The position numbers and the translations under genes were made by a program. 64,000 nt of DNA from Callorhinchus milii (taxonomy: Eukaryota): assembly GCF_018977255.1 (NCBI RefSeq), contig NW_024704742.1, positions 35,652,001 through 35,716,000 of the forward strand, given 5' to 3'. Below the pieces are notes generated by a model. That model was not told where the DNA came from and ran no database searches. It was given only the letters and a program-made list of their open reading frames with translations. Of the stretch, positions 1 through 11,031 are shown in pieces. Within the stretch, counting starts at the first letter, position 1; every line of letters begins with the position of its first letter.

Positions 1-1145
1 ATGAGATGTGAAATGTGAAAGGCGCTATTTCAAAAGCACAGATTATCATATTCTTATCAAAACCCAAAAGCTGATGGAATTATCACATATTCACTGAATC
101 TGCATCCCATCTCTATTTCAACGTTTGCGTTTCTGTTTATTTCTTAACTGTGGTGTTGTGAACGTCACTTGCAAATAGTTAGATCCTAATTATCACCAGT
201 TTTCTTGATTGTTTTTATTTCCAATCAGACTCTTCTGATAAACTATATGTCTACTATTTTCCTCTCTGATATTTTATGGAGTTTTGTTGCCTTTTCTCCT
301 TATTCAATGTGATCAGTTACAATTAGTGCTGATATCTGGCTCCCTACTGTATTAGTATTGTACTCTGCGTGTAATAATAGGGATGCATTGGAACTAATTT
401 GCAAATCTGCATATGTGTTTCAGTATTCAGAGACAGTCAAATTGATTTTTAAAAATGCAGATTAATCTTGTGAATTGTGATTTTAGTAGAAAGGGATTAA
501 TTTAAATGCAAACAATATTAGAAATTTGGTATTTATGAATATTTATCAACAATAAGTGACTAAGATCCCAAGTAACAAACATGTTTTGTTCAGGAAATAA
601 AAAATTCATTGGTTAAGAATAATCCTGAACTGTCAATTCAGCACTTTATTGAGTGCCATGGCATTGACAAAAAAGATGCATGTCACTTGCCTGGATAATA
701 GTATTGTATGCAATGATAAGTATACTCCTGGTGTAATTCCATTGTAAACTCTGCTTTTCCTTTCCAGTAGCAGCAATTCACATTTGCTGGTAACAGCAAC
801 AGACACAAACCCAGCATTAATCTTGTCTTGTCTTTGGGACATAATTTGATTGAGGAGTCTAGGCTGCTAGCAATTTTCTTAGCTCATAACACTTACACTG
901 CACACAAAAATGGCCTCCAGGCTTTTAGTCAATTCTGGGGGAAACAAAATCCTAGATGATGGATGGCCCATTCCCATCTTACACAGTTCATGGGTAACCT
1001 TATACAGTTTGTGGGTAATGCGTCCTGACAAAACATGTTCAAATCTACTACAGCAGCTAGACTTGAAGCGATCAGTATGAGGATGAATAGATCTCACAGG
1101 CGACTGTAATTGAGCAACTACTTGAAGGTATGGCCTTAAAAAAAA

Positions 1146-1330
1146 AGCAATAATAAACTGGTCATTTTCAATCCACAACTGTTTGTGGGACACTGCTGTG
1201 CGCAATTGGCTGCTGCGTTTCGCCCATAAATATACAGTCAATTCAATTTACAGCATATTCTGTGAAGCGCTTTGAGATGTCCAGAAGACGTGAAAAGCGC
1301 TATATTAAATGCAAGGATTATTATTATAAT
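1146..1330 (+). mobile_element. 5'-truncated SINE; similar pieces at about 9381-9490(-), 23075-23222(+), 34426-34606(-), 45517-45680(-), 53257-53439(+), 57850-58110(-)
   Basis: Shared body and tail gtgaagcgctttgagatgtccagaagacgtgaaaagcgc...aaatgcaaggattatt. Confidence 0.88.
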
Positions 1331-2407
1331 TAGAGACTGCAGCAAATGCCATTATATTCTGTCTGATGTTCTGCACTGAATCGTACCTGCAGTCCCATTT
1401 GTTTCCTCTAACACCTTTGAAATCAAGCTATTTAAAGGCGTGTTGACACTGCTATAAATTTAAACATTAACCAGTCAGTTATAAGCACAAAGGGAGCACA
1501 AATAACGGTTACCAACATCCAAACAATGCCAGTTAAGAATACACACATTGATAGTAATGTTATTTGTTCTTTGCCAGCCACCTTAGGTCAAAGTGTCCCA
1601 TTTACCACCATGATTATTATTATTATAGCTATAGTGGGCAGAGGCTATGACAACATATAACTTCAATGACAATAATTCAGTATCTCTTGTCAAAACTCCA
1701 AAATACCTATCAACCCATAAAATCTATATTATATATCCTTGCCCACTCACCTTTCTTAGCTTGACAATGTCATGGTCCCATTAGATCAGGAACCATTAGG
1801 TTGCAAATAGAGAACAAGTGTTCTATAACTAGTGATATTGCAGCTACCTAGTTCTTCTGATTTTCTAAGTGAACATAACTTTTTAAATTTTGCACAGCCT
1901 AACATCTGCTTAAGGTAATTTCTAAATGTTGAGGTCTTTTCCTAGTGTAAAGGTAATTTACCTCTTCAGAAATGATATTAGATATGGGCTGGATATAGAC
2001 TTTAGGAAGTTTTTTTCTCTGGTTATCTTGACTGAATAGGTAAATGAGAGAAGAAAAATATTTATCAGGTTTTTGTTTATTGATAGTACCTAAATTAATT
2101 TCAACACATTCCAGCATTCAGGCATTCCATCATACTATAAGTGGCAAGTTGTAAGTCAGATAATTTATGCAAATGTATTGAAAATTAATTTACTATGTAT
2201 GTTTTCATTTTTACTATATTAGCAAATATATTTATCTTATGCACATTTTCTAATACAGTATATGACTTCCCAAAGCCCTCGTGAAATTTTATTGGAACTT
2301 ACTCTACAGATACAATTGCATCCTTGCATATTTATTTGACAATTTTGACATTTTTTTGTTAGCAAGAAAAGTTAATGTATATATCCACTTATATAGAACC
2401 AGGCCAT

Positions 2408-2678
2408 TAAAAGTGAAATCAGGAAGCATTTTTTCACTCAAAGGGTGGTAGAAATCTAGAATTCTCTCCCCAAAGGGACGTGGATGCTGGATCCATCTAC
2501 ACCTTCAAGAGTGAGGTTAATAGATTGTTGGTCGGTCAGGAGATTACGGGATATGGGGAGAAAATGGGAAATTGGAATTGAAAGGATTAGGTGAGGTACA
2601 GATCAGCCATGGTCTAATTAAATGGCGGAACGAGCTCGAAGAGCTGAATGGCCTACTCCTGTTCTTACGTTCCTATGG
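2408..2678 (+). mobile_element. CR1 LINE 3' end; similar ends at about 47700-47912 and 58790-58900
   Basis: aggaagcattttttcactcaaagggtggtag and gctgaatggcctactcctgttc are typical of CR1 3' ends. Confidence 0.8.
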
Positions 2679-2679
2679 C

Positions 2680-3073
2680 ACTTCAAAGCACTTAAGTGTT
2701 TCACATAATTTACTGTAAAGTGTAGTGGTATGGTACATGCAGTAAACACAACAGCCAATTTGCCAATTTGTCCAGAGCAATGTGCCACAAACAGGTATGA
2801 AGTGAATGACCAATTTTATCTAGAGGATTGTGCCGAGGACACCAGGAGGAAATCCATTCTCTTTTTGAATCGTACCATGGAGTCATTAACTTTCACCTGA
2901 ACGGCAAGCTAATTCTTAGTTTACATCTTATCAGAAGGACAGGACCTCTGACAAGAGTTCCCCAGTAATGCATTTGAGTGTCACTCAAGACCACAAAGTC
3001 CTGACATAGAGATTAACTCCACAACCATGTGTCTCAGAGGTGAGGGTGTTACAAACTGAGCGAGGTTGACACC
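2680..3073 (-). mobile_element. Older tRNA-headed SINE (Deu-domain/SacSINE1-like); relatives at about 19990-20290, 21355-21700, 26555-26760, 32190-32352, 58322-58560, 59580-59900
   Basis: Head resembling gtcagcttggctcag...cactctcgcctctgagtcagaaggttgtgggttcaa and body ggatgagacgttaaaccgagg. Family name assigned from memory only. Confidence 0.65.
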
Positions 3074-3511
3074 TACGTCGAGATGACTCCCTTACTTCAG
3101 TAAAAAATGAAAAAAAAAGAGTAAATAATCATTATCAGAATTATATCAATCCCCATTATACATTGTGTATCTCAATTATATGTAATACTCACCAAGTGTT
3201 GAAAAGAAGATTGAAAGAATACTTTTACTATGGTTAAAAGTTAATAGGGTAGAATGTACAATTTTCCTTAAAGTTTTCTTTAAATATGATAAAAACTTCA
3301 TTTAGGAATATTGGTCATTTTACACTAATGTCACTTAGCTAATAGTTTTCTTGCATGTTTATTCAACGTTGTGTTTGCTCTTCTTCAGCATTGGTACTGT
3401 AATAACCTCTGAGGAGAAACAGGATTGCCTCATCTGTATGTCATGTCTATTAAATTTGAAAAAGTACACGATTAATCTTGATTGATCTCTTTCTTGATTA
3501 ATCTTGATTAA

Positions 3512-5100
3512 TCTCTTTCCTTTCCACCCATTCTCTTTTCGAACCCCTTCAGTCAGGTTTCCGTGCTGCCCATAGCACAGAAACTGCCCTGGTCAAGGTC
3601 ACCAATGATATCCTGACCATCTGTGACCAGGGCTCCCTCTGTCTCCTCGTCCTCCTCGACCTATCGGCAGCATTCGATACGGTCGACCACGCTATCCTAC
3701 TCCACCGCTTGTCCTCCCACCTCAACCTTCAAGGCACTGTCCTTGAATGGTTTAGGTCGTACCTTTCTCACCGTCTTCACTTCGTCTCGACGAATGGCTT
3801 CTCCTCCACCCCCCGCACTGTCTCATGTGGTGTCCCTCAGGGCTCTGTCCTCGGTCCCCTCCTCTTCACCCTCTATATGCTCCCCCTCGGTGACATCATC
3901 CGCAGACATGGAGTTAACTTCCACATGTATGCGGATGACACCCAACTCTACCTTTCCTCCTCTACTCTCAACTCCACGACCACCGATGTCCTGACAGCCT
4001 GCCTGTCCGACATCGAGTCCTGGACGAGAGACAACTTCCTTCAGCTCAACGTGCGAAAAACCGAGGCCCTCCTGATTGGCTCACGTCAGCGCCTCCGAAC
4101 CTCAGGCGCTGACACCATCAGCATCCAAGGCTGCACTCTCCACCTCTCAAAGCCAGTCAGGAACCTCGGCGTTTTGTTCGACCCTGAGCTGTCCTTTCTC
4201 CCTCACATCCGCACCACAACTGGCACCGCCTTCCATCACCTCCGGAACATCGCCAGACTACGGCACTACCTCACCCCTCACGCTGCTGAAACCCTAGTTC
4301 ATGCCTTTATCACCTCAAGGCTGGACTATGGGAACTCTCTCCTCGCCGGCCTTCCCGCCACCTCCCTCCACAAGCTGCAGGTCATTCAGAACTCTGCAGC
4401 TCGTGTACTGTCCCGCACCAGGCTTCGGGACCACATCACTCCCACCCTCGCTCGCCTCCACTGGCTCCCCATCCCCAGAGGATTGATTTCAAGATCCTCA
4501 TCCTCACCTACAAGGCCATTCACGGCCTTGCTCCCTCCTACCTCTCCAACCTACTATCCCCCTACCTACCTGTCCGTACCCTCCGTTCCTCTGGCTCCGG
4601 TCTGCTCCACGTCCCCCGCCCCAACCGCCCTACCATCGGTGGTCGGGCCTTCAGCCTCTCAGCCCCGAGGCTCTGGAACTCCATCCCCCAGTGCCTTCGC
4701 CTTGCTTCCTCCCTTTCCTCCTTCAAGGCCGGTCTCAAAACCTTTCTCTTTGACCGTGCCTTCAGCTCCCCTCTCGACTCTCTTCCCCCTCCTCGCTCCC
4801 TCCCTTCCTTCCCCTCACCCTGACCATTTCCCCCCTCCTCGCTCCCTCCCTCCCCTCACCCTGACCATTTCCCCCCTCCTCGCTCCCTCCCTTCCCTCCC
4901 CTCACCCTGACCATTTCCCCCTCCTTGCTCCCTCCCTCCCCTCACCCTGACCATTTCCCCCCTCCTCGCTCCCTCCCTTCCCTCCCCTCACCCTGACCAT
5001 TTCCCCCCTGCTCGGGTCATGACCCAACTGTGCAGCGCCTTGGGACGTCCTCCTGACGTGAAAGGCGCTTTATAAATGGAATCTTGTTGTTGTTGTTGTT
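3512..5100 (+). mobile_element. Young 5'-truncated L2-clade LINE (RT domain to 3' tail)
   Basis: [45 protein letters not shown] and LHWLPI motifs. One frameshift near 4478. 3' stem-loop and (TTG)n tail. Confidence 0.95.
4784..5010 (+). repeat. Polypyrimidine tandem repeat (about 40-46 bp, 5 units) in the L2 3' region
   Basis: Unit ccccctcctcgctccctcccttcctcccctcaccctgaccatttc; TGACCATTTC occurs five times. Confidence 0.9.
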
Positions 5101-8100
5101 GATCTGGTGAAATAAATAAAAATAAATAAGTCTACACATCAAAGAAATTATTTTTTACAACTTCTTTAAATTACTTAAATATAAATGCTGATTGAAGTGT
5201 TACAGGTAATGAGTTCTGAGCAGAGATTTGACTGTAATCCTGTTTCTAAATTTTGGATTTAATCTTGCAATAGGCTACTGAAAATTCACAAAGCTGTAAA
5301 ACCTGCATATCACTGAAAAACACAGCCACCTCATATATTCACCGTATAATATATATAGTTTATCAAGATCAAATCTTGAGGGTTGAGTTCTGTATTTTCT
5401 TCATAGTTGTAAAGTGCTCATAGCATTCATTAATTATTACGCAGACTTTGATAAGATTTTTAATGGTTTAGTGCTAATTTTTAAAGGCTCTAATATGCAT
5501 TCACCTACAAGATACACTGTCACTGCACTTTGGATTATATCCTATGAAGTGCTTTGAGAAATACTCCCAATGTGAAACATACAATATGAAATGCAAGAAT
5601 TGGTATTATTATTAATATTGAATTTATAACATACTCGACAGTAAAACTTTTCTTACGCTCTAGGTTGGAAATGTAGGAATCAACTTGCAAATTTGTAGAT
5701 CCTATTACAAGATCTAACAAACCCTTAAGTCTTGCGTTATAATTTTGGAAATACTTTTCCCCACATCGTACACCAGTTGTGTCATAAATAACATTTAAAT
5801 CTGCACTTGCATCTAATAAACTGTGCAGATTTACTGGGTTGTATATAAACACATATAGGATATATTATAAAAGATTAGAAATACCAGTAATTCAATTTAA
5901 GACAGTAATTGAATATTGATTTTCACTCTCCAGATTTATTGCGTTACCTGAACTTCTCAATTGGTTGCAATCAATTTACAGATAGCTAATATATTCCTTA
6001 TTAAATACACATTAATAGTTTCTGACTGTTCTGGAGCATAGAGAAACATGATGCAAGGTACTGTCGTTGATACGCTCATAACTATGTCTTTTTTTTAAAA
6101 AAAAGTAGCATTGAGGTTTTTGATGCTATTGTAAAACTATTATGTTCATTGGATAAATTGCATACATATAATATATAAAGTAATCCAGGCATAGATAAAT
6201 TATAGCACATCATTTAGCAGGACTGTCTTATTCAATTAAAAAATGTGAGCAGTCATTCAGCTATTAACAGATGTTCCAGTGATCAGTTTGTCAATAGTGA
6301 GGACTCTTGGTTTAGCCTGTGGGCATTTTGCTTCAAACATCAATACTTTGCCATTCAGACAGTCATTATCACTGGGCAGGTGTCTGATCATTCACACTGC
6401 GGATAAGAAAGCCTCCAGGGTTTGTCAGATCGACAGTGTCTTGTCACCAGTCAATATTTCGATTGACAGGTGCGTGTCAATGATCAGGCAACAGGTGCGG
6501 TTCATTTGTCCTGTCAATAGCCAAACGGGTATGGCAACTGGCTGTAAAACTGGGCACATAGAAGAGTTTGGAAAACACAAATAGAGGAACAGCTTTTGTG
6601 TTATAAACAGAGAACTCGTGCTGAAGCAACTGCAAAGTGCACGGTAGCTTGAGAAATGCCAGAGTGCACCTATATTAAATAGAATACATCAGGCATGTTA
6701 GGGTTAATACGAAGTAGCATGTTCTCAGCTTATCTGGCCTGCAGGTTCACAACTGCAACACGTCAGATTGCCTCAGGGTAGTATGATGGAGTCATTCTCC
6801 CCTTTCCTATCAGACGAAATGTGGCAGAGTTGTTGGACAATAAAACTCATCATAGAATTGGTCGCACTCCTAAGCATGAGGACAGCGAGACGTTCAGAAC
6901 CGCCACATCTCTGTGGGAAGGAAGACTGGAGGACACGAGAGGAGATGCTGTTGAGTGTTGATAACTGATATCTTTACTGTTCAGCTTTTGGCGAAGCAGA
7001 AGAGGAACTGCACAAACAGCCCTACACGCTATTTGGTAGTTGCAAATGAAGAAACCACTGAACGCCCAACCCTACTCGACTCTTAAGATGCAGTGAGTGA
7101 CTGCCCCAAGTATCCACAGGGGGCTCGTTTACATTCTACCTTAGTCCCAGCTATTTCTTTCCAATGTATTAAACAGTTACACGAAAACAGATGGTAGCCA
7201 TTCTTTCAACATTCTTGCCTTTTTTTATTGACTCATAAAAGTTAAATCGGGCATCACTCAGGCAGATTGGTTGTGTTGACTGACGTTATTTGACTGGAAT
7301 ATATATATATATATGTTTTGAAAACTACCAAATCTCCATCCTAACTGCAAGATATGCCATGTTCATTTATTGAAACAACCGCCACGTTACTTTCGACATG
7401 AAACGTGTCTCCACAATGAATGCATTATTTTGTGGCCGGCAATAAAACAGGGCAATAAAGCTCAGAATCGGGCAAAACTGCTCTGCTCTGGTTCATTCCG
7501 TGCATTCGAGAAAAAAGCGTTTCAACAATCTTCGATCAACAATTATCCATTTCGAAAGGATCTTCTTTATATCAGAAGCATTACAGCCTCGACCACTGTT
7601 ATGTCTCTCTGGGGTTGGGACAGATTGTCGGCGCTTACACGACAGGCATCTCAGGTCTGGATTGTGCATTCACCCCAACCGAGTGAAGTTTTATTTTTAT
7701 TCTCCTCAAACTGAAATGAAATGGTTCAGAAAACGACCGTGGACATCTTTTATTTGCAAAAAAAAAACAAAAAACCCCCACCAAACTGCTGAGTAGTAAA
7801 TTTTCAGGACAACTCGCTCTCTTTATCCCATCCATTGTGGCACATTATTGTGAGCAGATGCCGTATTGGCTCTGTCCTGTTATTGTATCTTTAAGTATGT
7901 CTGTGGGGGAGGGCAGTCCCTCTCCACAATGCAAGAAATGTTAGTGCAGGAGAACACTTCTCCAGTCTGAGCATCCAGTTTCAGCTTTAAGTACGCTTGG
8001 GTCACGTCTGGGCACTTCAGATGCAAAGTTAAGCTCTCTTTACCCGAGCAGTGCACCCAACCTCAACTCAACCTCAAATACACAGTCAACCGATTTCAAA

Positions 8101-9549
8101 TCTACTGTGTCCCTGTGCATTTCTCCACTTCCCACGCCAAGCATATCAAGCATATATCTTGGAGAGAGATTGCGACGTGAGTGGCCAATACAGTGTGTGG
8201 TTTCACCCCTGAAACCTCGGGCAAAAAAACCTCCCAAGGTATTTCAGGTAGAGGTCCCCAAAAGTAGCAAAGGGCTTTCGTAGCAGATGCTGTATTAGCT
8301 CTCCTTCTGTTATTGTATCTTTCATCTTCCATGGAAGCTGGGAAGGAAGCCGAGTCCCATGGCTGAAAAGATGCATCGGATGAGTTAATTCATATTACGA
8401 ACCATACGAAAAGCAAATAAATACAGTTCTGAAATGTGCTTAAAAAAATCAACCGCTGCCACTGACTGACAAATCCCCCAGAAAACAAGATCCTCTGGGA
8501 CATGTTTCTTCCGATCAGTCTGATTTACTGAAAAAAAAGTTCTACCCACTACACTAAACAACCTTTTCCATTCATATCAAACTTCTACTGAACTATCACA
8601 TCAAATAAAAGCCCCAAATCACTCTGCAGAAATAAGGTTATAAAAAATGCATTCACTATTCATCTGGATTGAGAAACACAAAGCTATTGCTGTTTATAAC
8701 AATCAATTTGTGCGATAGGTTAAATCAGATTCATGTTTCTTTTAAATGATAAATAAAACATACGTCTGATTAAAAACCAGAGCAAATGTAGCGTGACATT
8801 AGTGCGCGTACTTTATCTAAGTCGTTTCATTATGTTTGCTAATGAAAAATTCATTGGGGTCGATTCTTAAATGAACGTTTACAGAGACGAATAGACTAAG
8901 AGTCTTTGGAGGTGAAGCTAAAATAAAATGACGCACACAAAGGGAAATCCTCCTTCCTCAAGTTACTTAATGGTGAATTCAAGGTATCATGCCATTAATC
9001 ATTCTGTTATTCTTTTTATTTTTTTAGTTCAAATGTTAAACCGTGTCTGATGTAAAGTGCAATCCTCGGGTTACAGTGCTAAAGAACGGTCATATTGTTG
9101 AAATGACTTGATCCAATATAAGGAAGGAATGAAGATTGGAATGAGTTTGGGGTTATTTGTGTGCATTTCAACTGCTCTCTTAGTTTCCATTCTTATTTTG
9201 GGGGCAATCGTCCTACAACCAGGCGAAAACTGCTCATTTTTGACAAACGGTGCTAAATAAATTAAGATGAATAAAATCGATTTAAAAAATGAAAAATGTA
9301 TTTGATTAAAAAGCAGCAGGGATAAAACATAAATAAAACGCATAAACATATTTCAGTGGTGTAATCGTGTGGGCATGTTATATAATCCGTGCGTTTGATA
9401 CAACGCTTTGCACGTCTTCTAGGCGTCTCAAAGCGCTTCACAGAATAGATTGTAAAGTGAATTGACTGTATTATTTTGTGGGGGCGAAATGTTAACATAC
9501 AGCGTTACATACACAACTTCGCAAGCAAAACTCAAAATGTACACATGCG

Positions 9550-9590
<41 letters not shown>
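9550..9590. repeat. Compound (CT)n(CA)n microsatellite
   Basis: Directly visible; a poly-C run lies nearby at 9937-9951. Confidence 0.95.
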
Positions 9591-10614
9591 ATTATTACAT
9601 AAGATGCCAAGTGTTTTGATTATATTGTTTTGCTTTCAATTGTCATGTCCATCAATGGTTATACCTGTAAACTTGTAAACCAGTCATGGTTGTAAACTTG
9701 TAAACCATTTGATATATCAAATGCAAGGAGTATGGACCAATGATCTTAAAAACACGTGGAAAGCTGAAAATCTTGTCGCTTCAAAAACAAGCTGTGCTGT
9801 TTCTATAATCGCTGCAACACATCGCGGTTATCCAAACGGATTAATAAGCAGAACGTTATCGATTTCTTCTTATCATACTCTGAAACCTTTCTGCACTGAA
9901 ACAAACCTATTGTTTTCGTGGTGGTAAAAAGGCTGACCCCCCCCCCCCCCCTCTGCGCCTTTTACCTACATAGAGTTATATCTGCAAAACTGGAGCACTT
10001 ACTTAAATTGGCGACTTATAGTGCATGACCGATGGTGGTAGTGTTTAGCCCCTGTGGTTCGCTTCTTGCAAAGTGTTGCAAAGCGGTTCCTGACACTGTT
10101 CAAAGCTGTTGGTGACACTAAGTCTATATTACTGTTAATATAACTCCTAAATTTAGTTACATTACTCAGACCAATGTGAAAACTTTGCACATTGATCAAC
10201 TGCATAAAGTTACCTTAATCTGCGTTGCACTCTGCAGCCGTGTATATGTATTTCAACCCTCCAGGGAGCAGACGGGTCATTAGAGATCATTGTGGATCTT
10301 GGTTAAGAACCATTAGTTTACGGCAGCCTCGGATTTCGACATTAAATGACTCATTCGGTTGTCCCCTGTGAGACCCATTTCCGTTTGTTATAAATTATTT
10401 GTAGACTTCCCTCTACTATTAAAATTAGCCTCGTCGTGCGTGATGTCTGCGCAGATGGCGTCCTGGCATGTTTATTTAATGGCAACTCTTTCCAAACCAA
10501 TTCTCTTCGCCTTTCGCCCACTGGACACGATCATGTCCATTCTTTTGGCGACTGCAGGATGGGAGCTCGTCCTTCAGACCGCAGGCATGCATCTCGCAGT
10601 GAGATCATTTGTGT

Positions 10615-10622
10615 TATAAATA
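10615..10622 (+). promoter_or_regulatory. Candidate TATA box of FGF5
   Basis: TATAAATA about 150 nt upstream of the FGF5 ATG, in a visibly CpG-retaining region. Confidence 0.6.
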
Positions 10623-10656
10623 TCTCTGTGCCAGCAGCACTGGCTTTCGCGTGGAT

Positions 10657-10731
10657 ATGTCTGGTGGACACACCACACACAGCGGCTGGTGCATGGAGCA
10701 GAGAATCAGCAAAATGCGGACATTGCCCTAG
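10657..10731 (+). other. Upstream ORF in putative FGF5 5' leader (24 aa, [24 protein letters not shown])
   Basis: Three in-frame ATGs (10657, 10693, 10714) and TAG at 10729-10731, all between the TATA box and the main ATG. Confidence 0.55.
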
Positions 10732-10763
10732 CAGGGACCACTCGGGAAAGATCTGTTGGAATA

Positions 10764-11031
10764 ATGCGCCTTTTATGCTTCCTCCTCTTTCTGAAGCATC
10801 TCGCCTGCATTGCTTTTGGACACGGCGAGCAGGTGAAGTCTGCAGAGCCTCTCCAAGACACTACAAACAGCTCCTCTGCCTCCCAGAGCCGCAGATCACT
10901 GAGGAACATGTACCAGTGGAACAGATCCGGGCCCCGAACTGGACTACTCTATTGCAGAGTTGGAATTGGATTTCATTTGCAGATTCACCCCGATGGTAGA
11001 GTCAGTGGCTCACACGAAGCCAATCTGTTCA
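10764..11031 (+). CDS. FGF5: Fibroblast growth factor 5, coding exon 1
   Basis: ATG at 10764 opens a hydrophobic signal-peptide-like stretch ([19 protein letters not shown]) followed by the FGF5-type core [36 protein letters not shown]. Phase-1 donor A|GTAAGT at 11031/11032. Confidence 0.96.

Noticed and set aside
3709..4950. 413-aa reverse-transcriptase ORF as an active or domesticated gene
   Set aside because: It is a 5'-truncated L2 with no endonuclease domain and no ATG start, and it is frameshifted near 4478. The Pro-rich tail is out-of-frame repeat.
10689..10763. N-terminal extension of FGF5 suggested by the ORF track
   Set aside because: It starts at GTG. The ATG at 10764 directly precedes the signal peptide.
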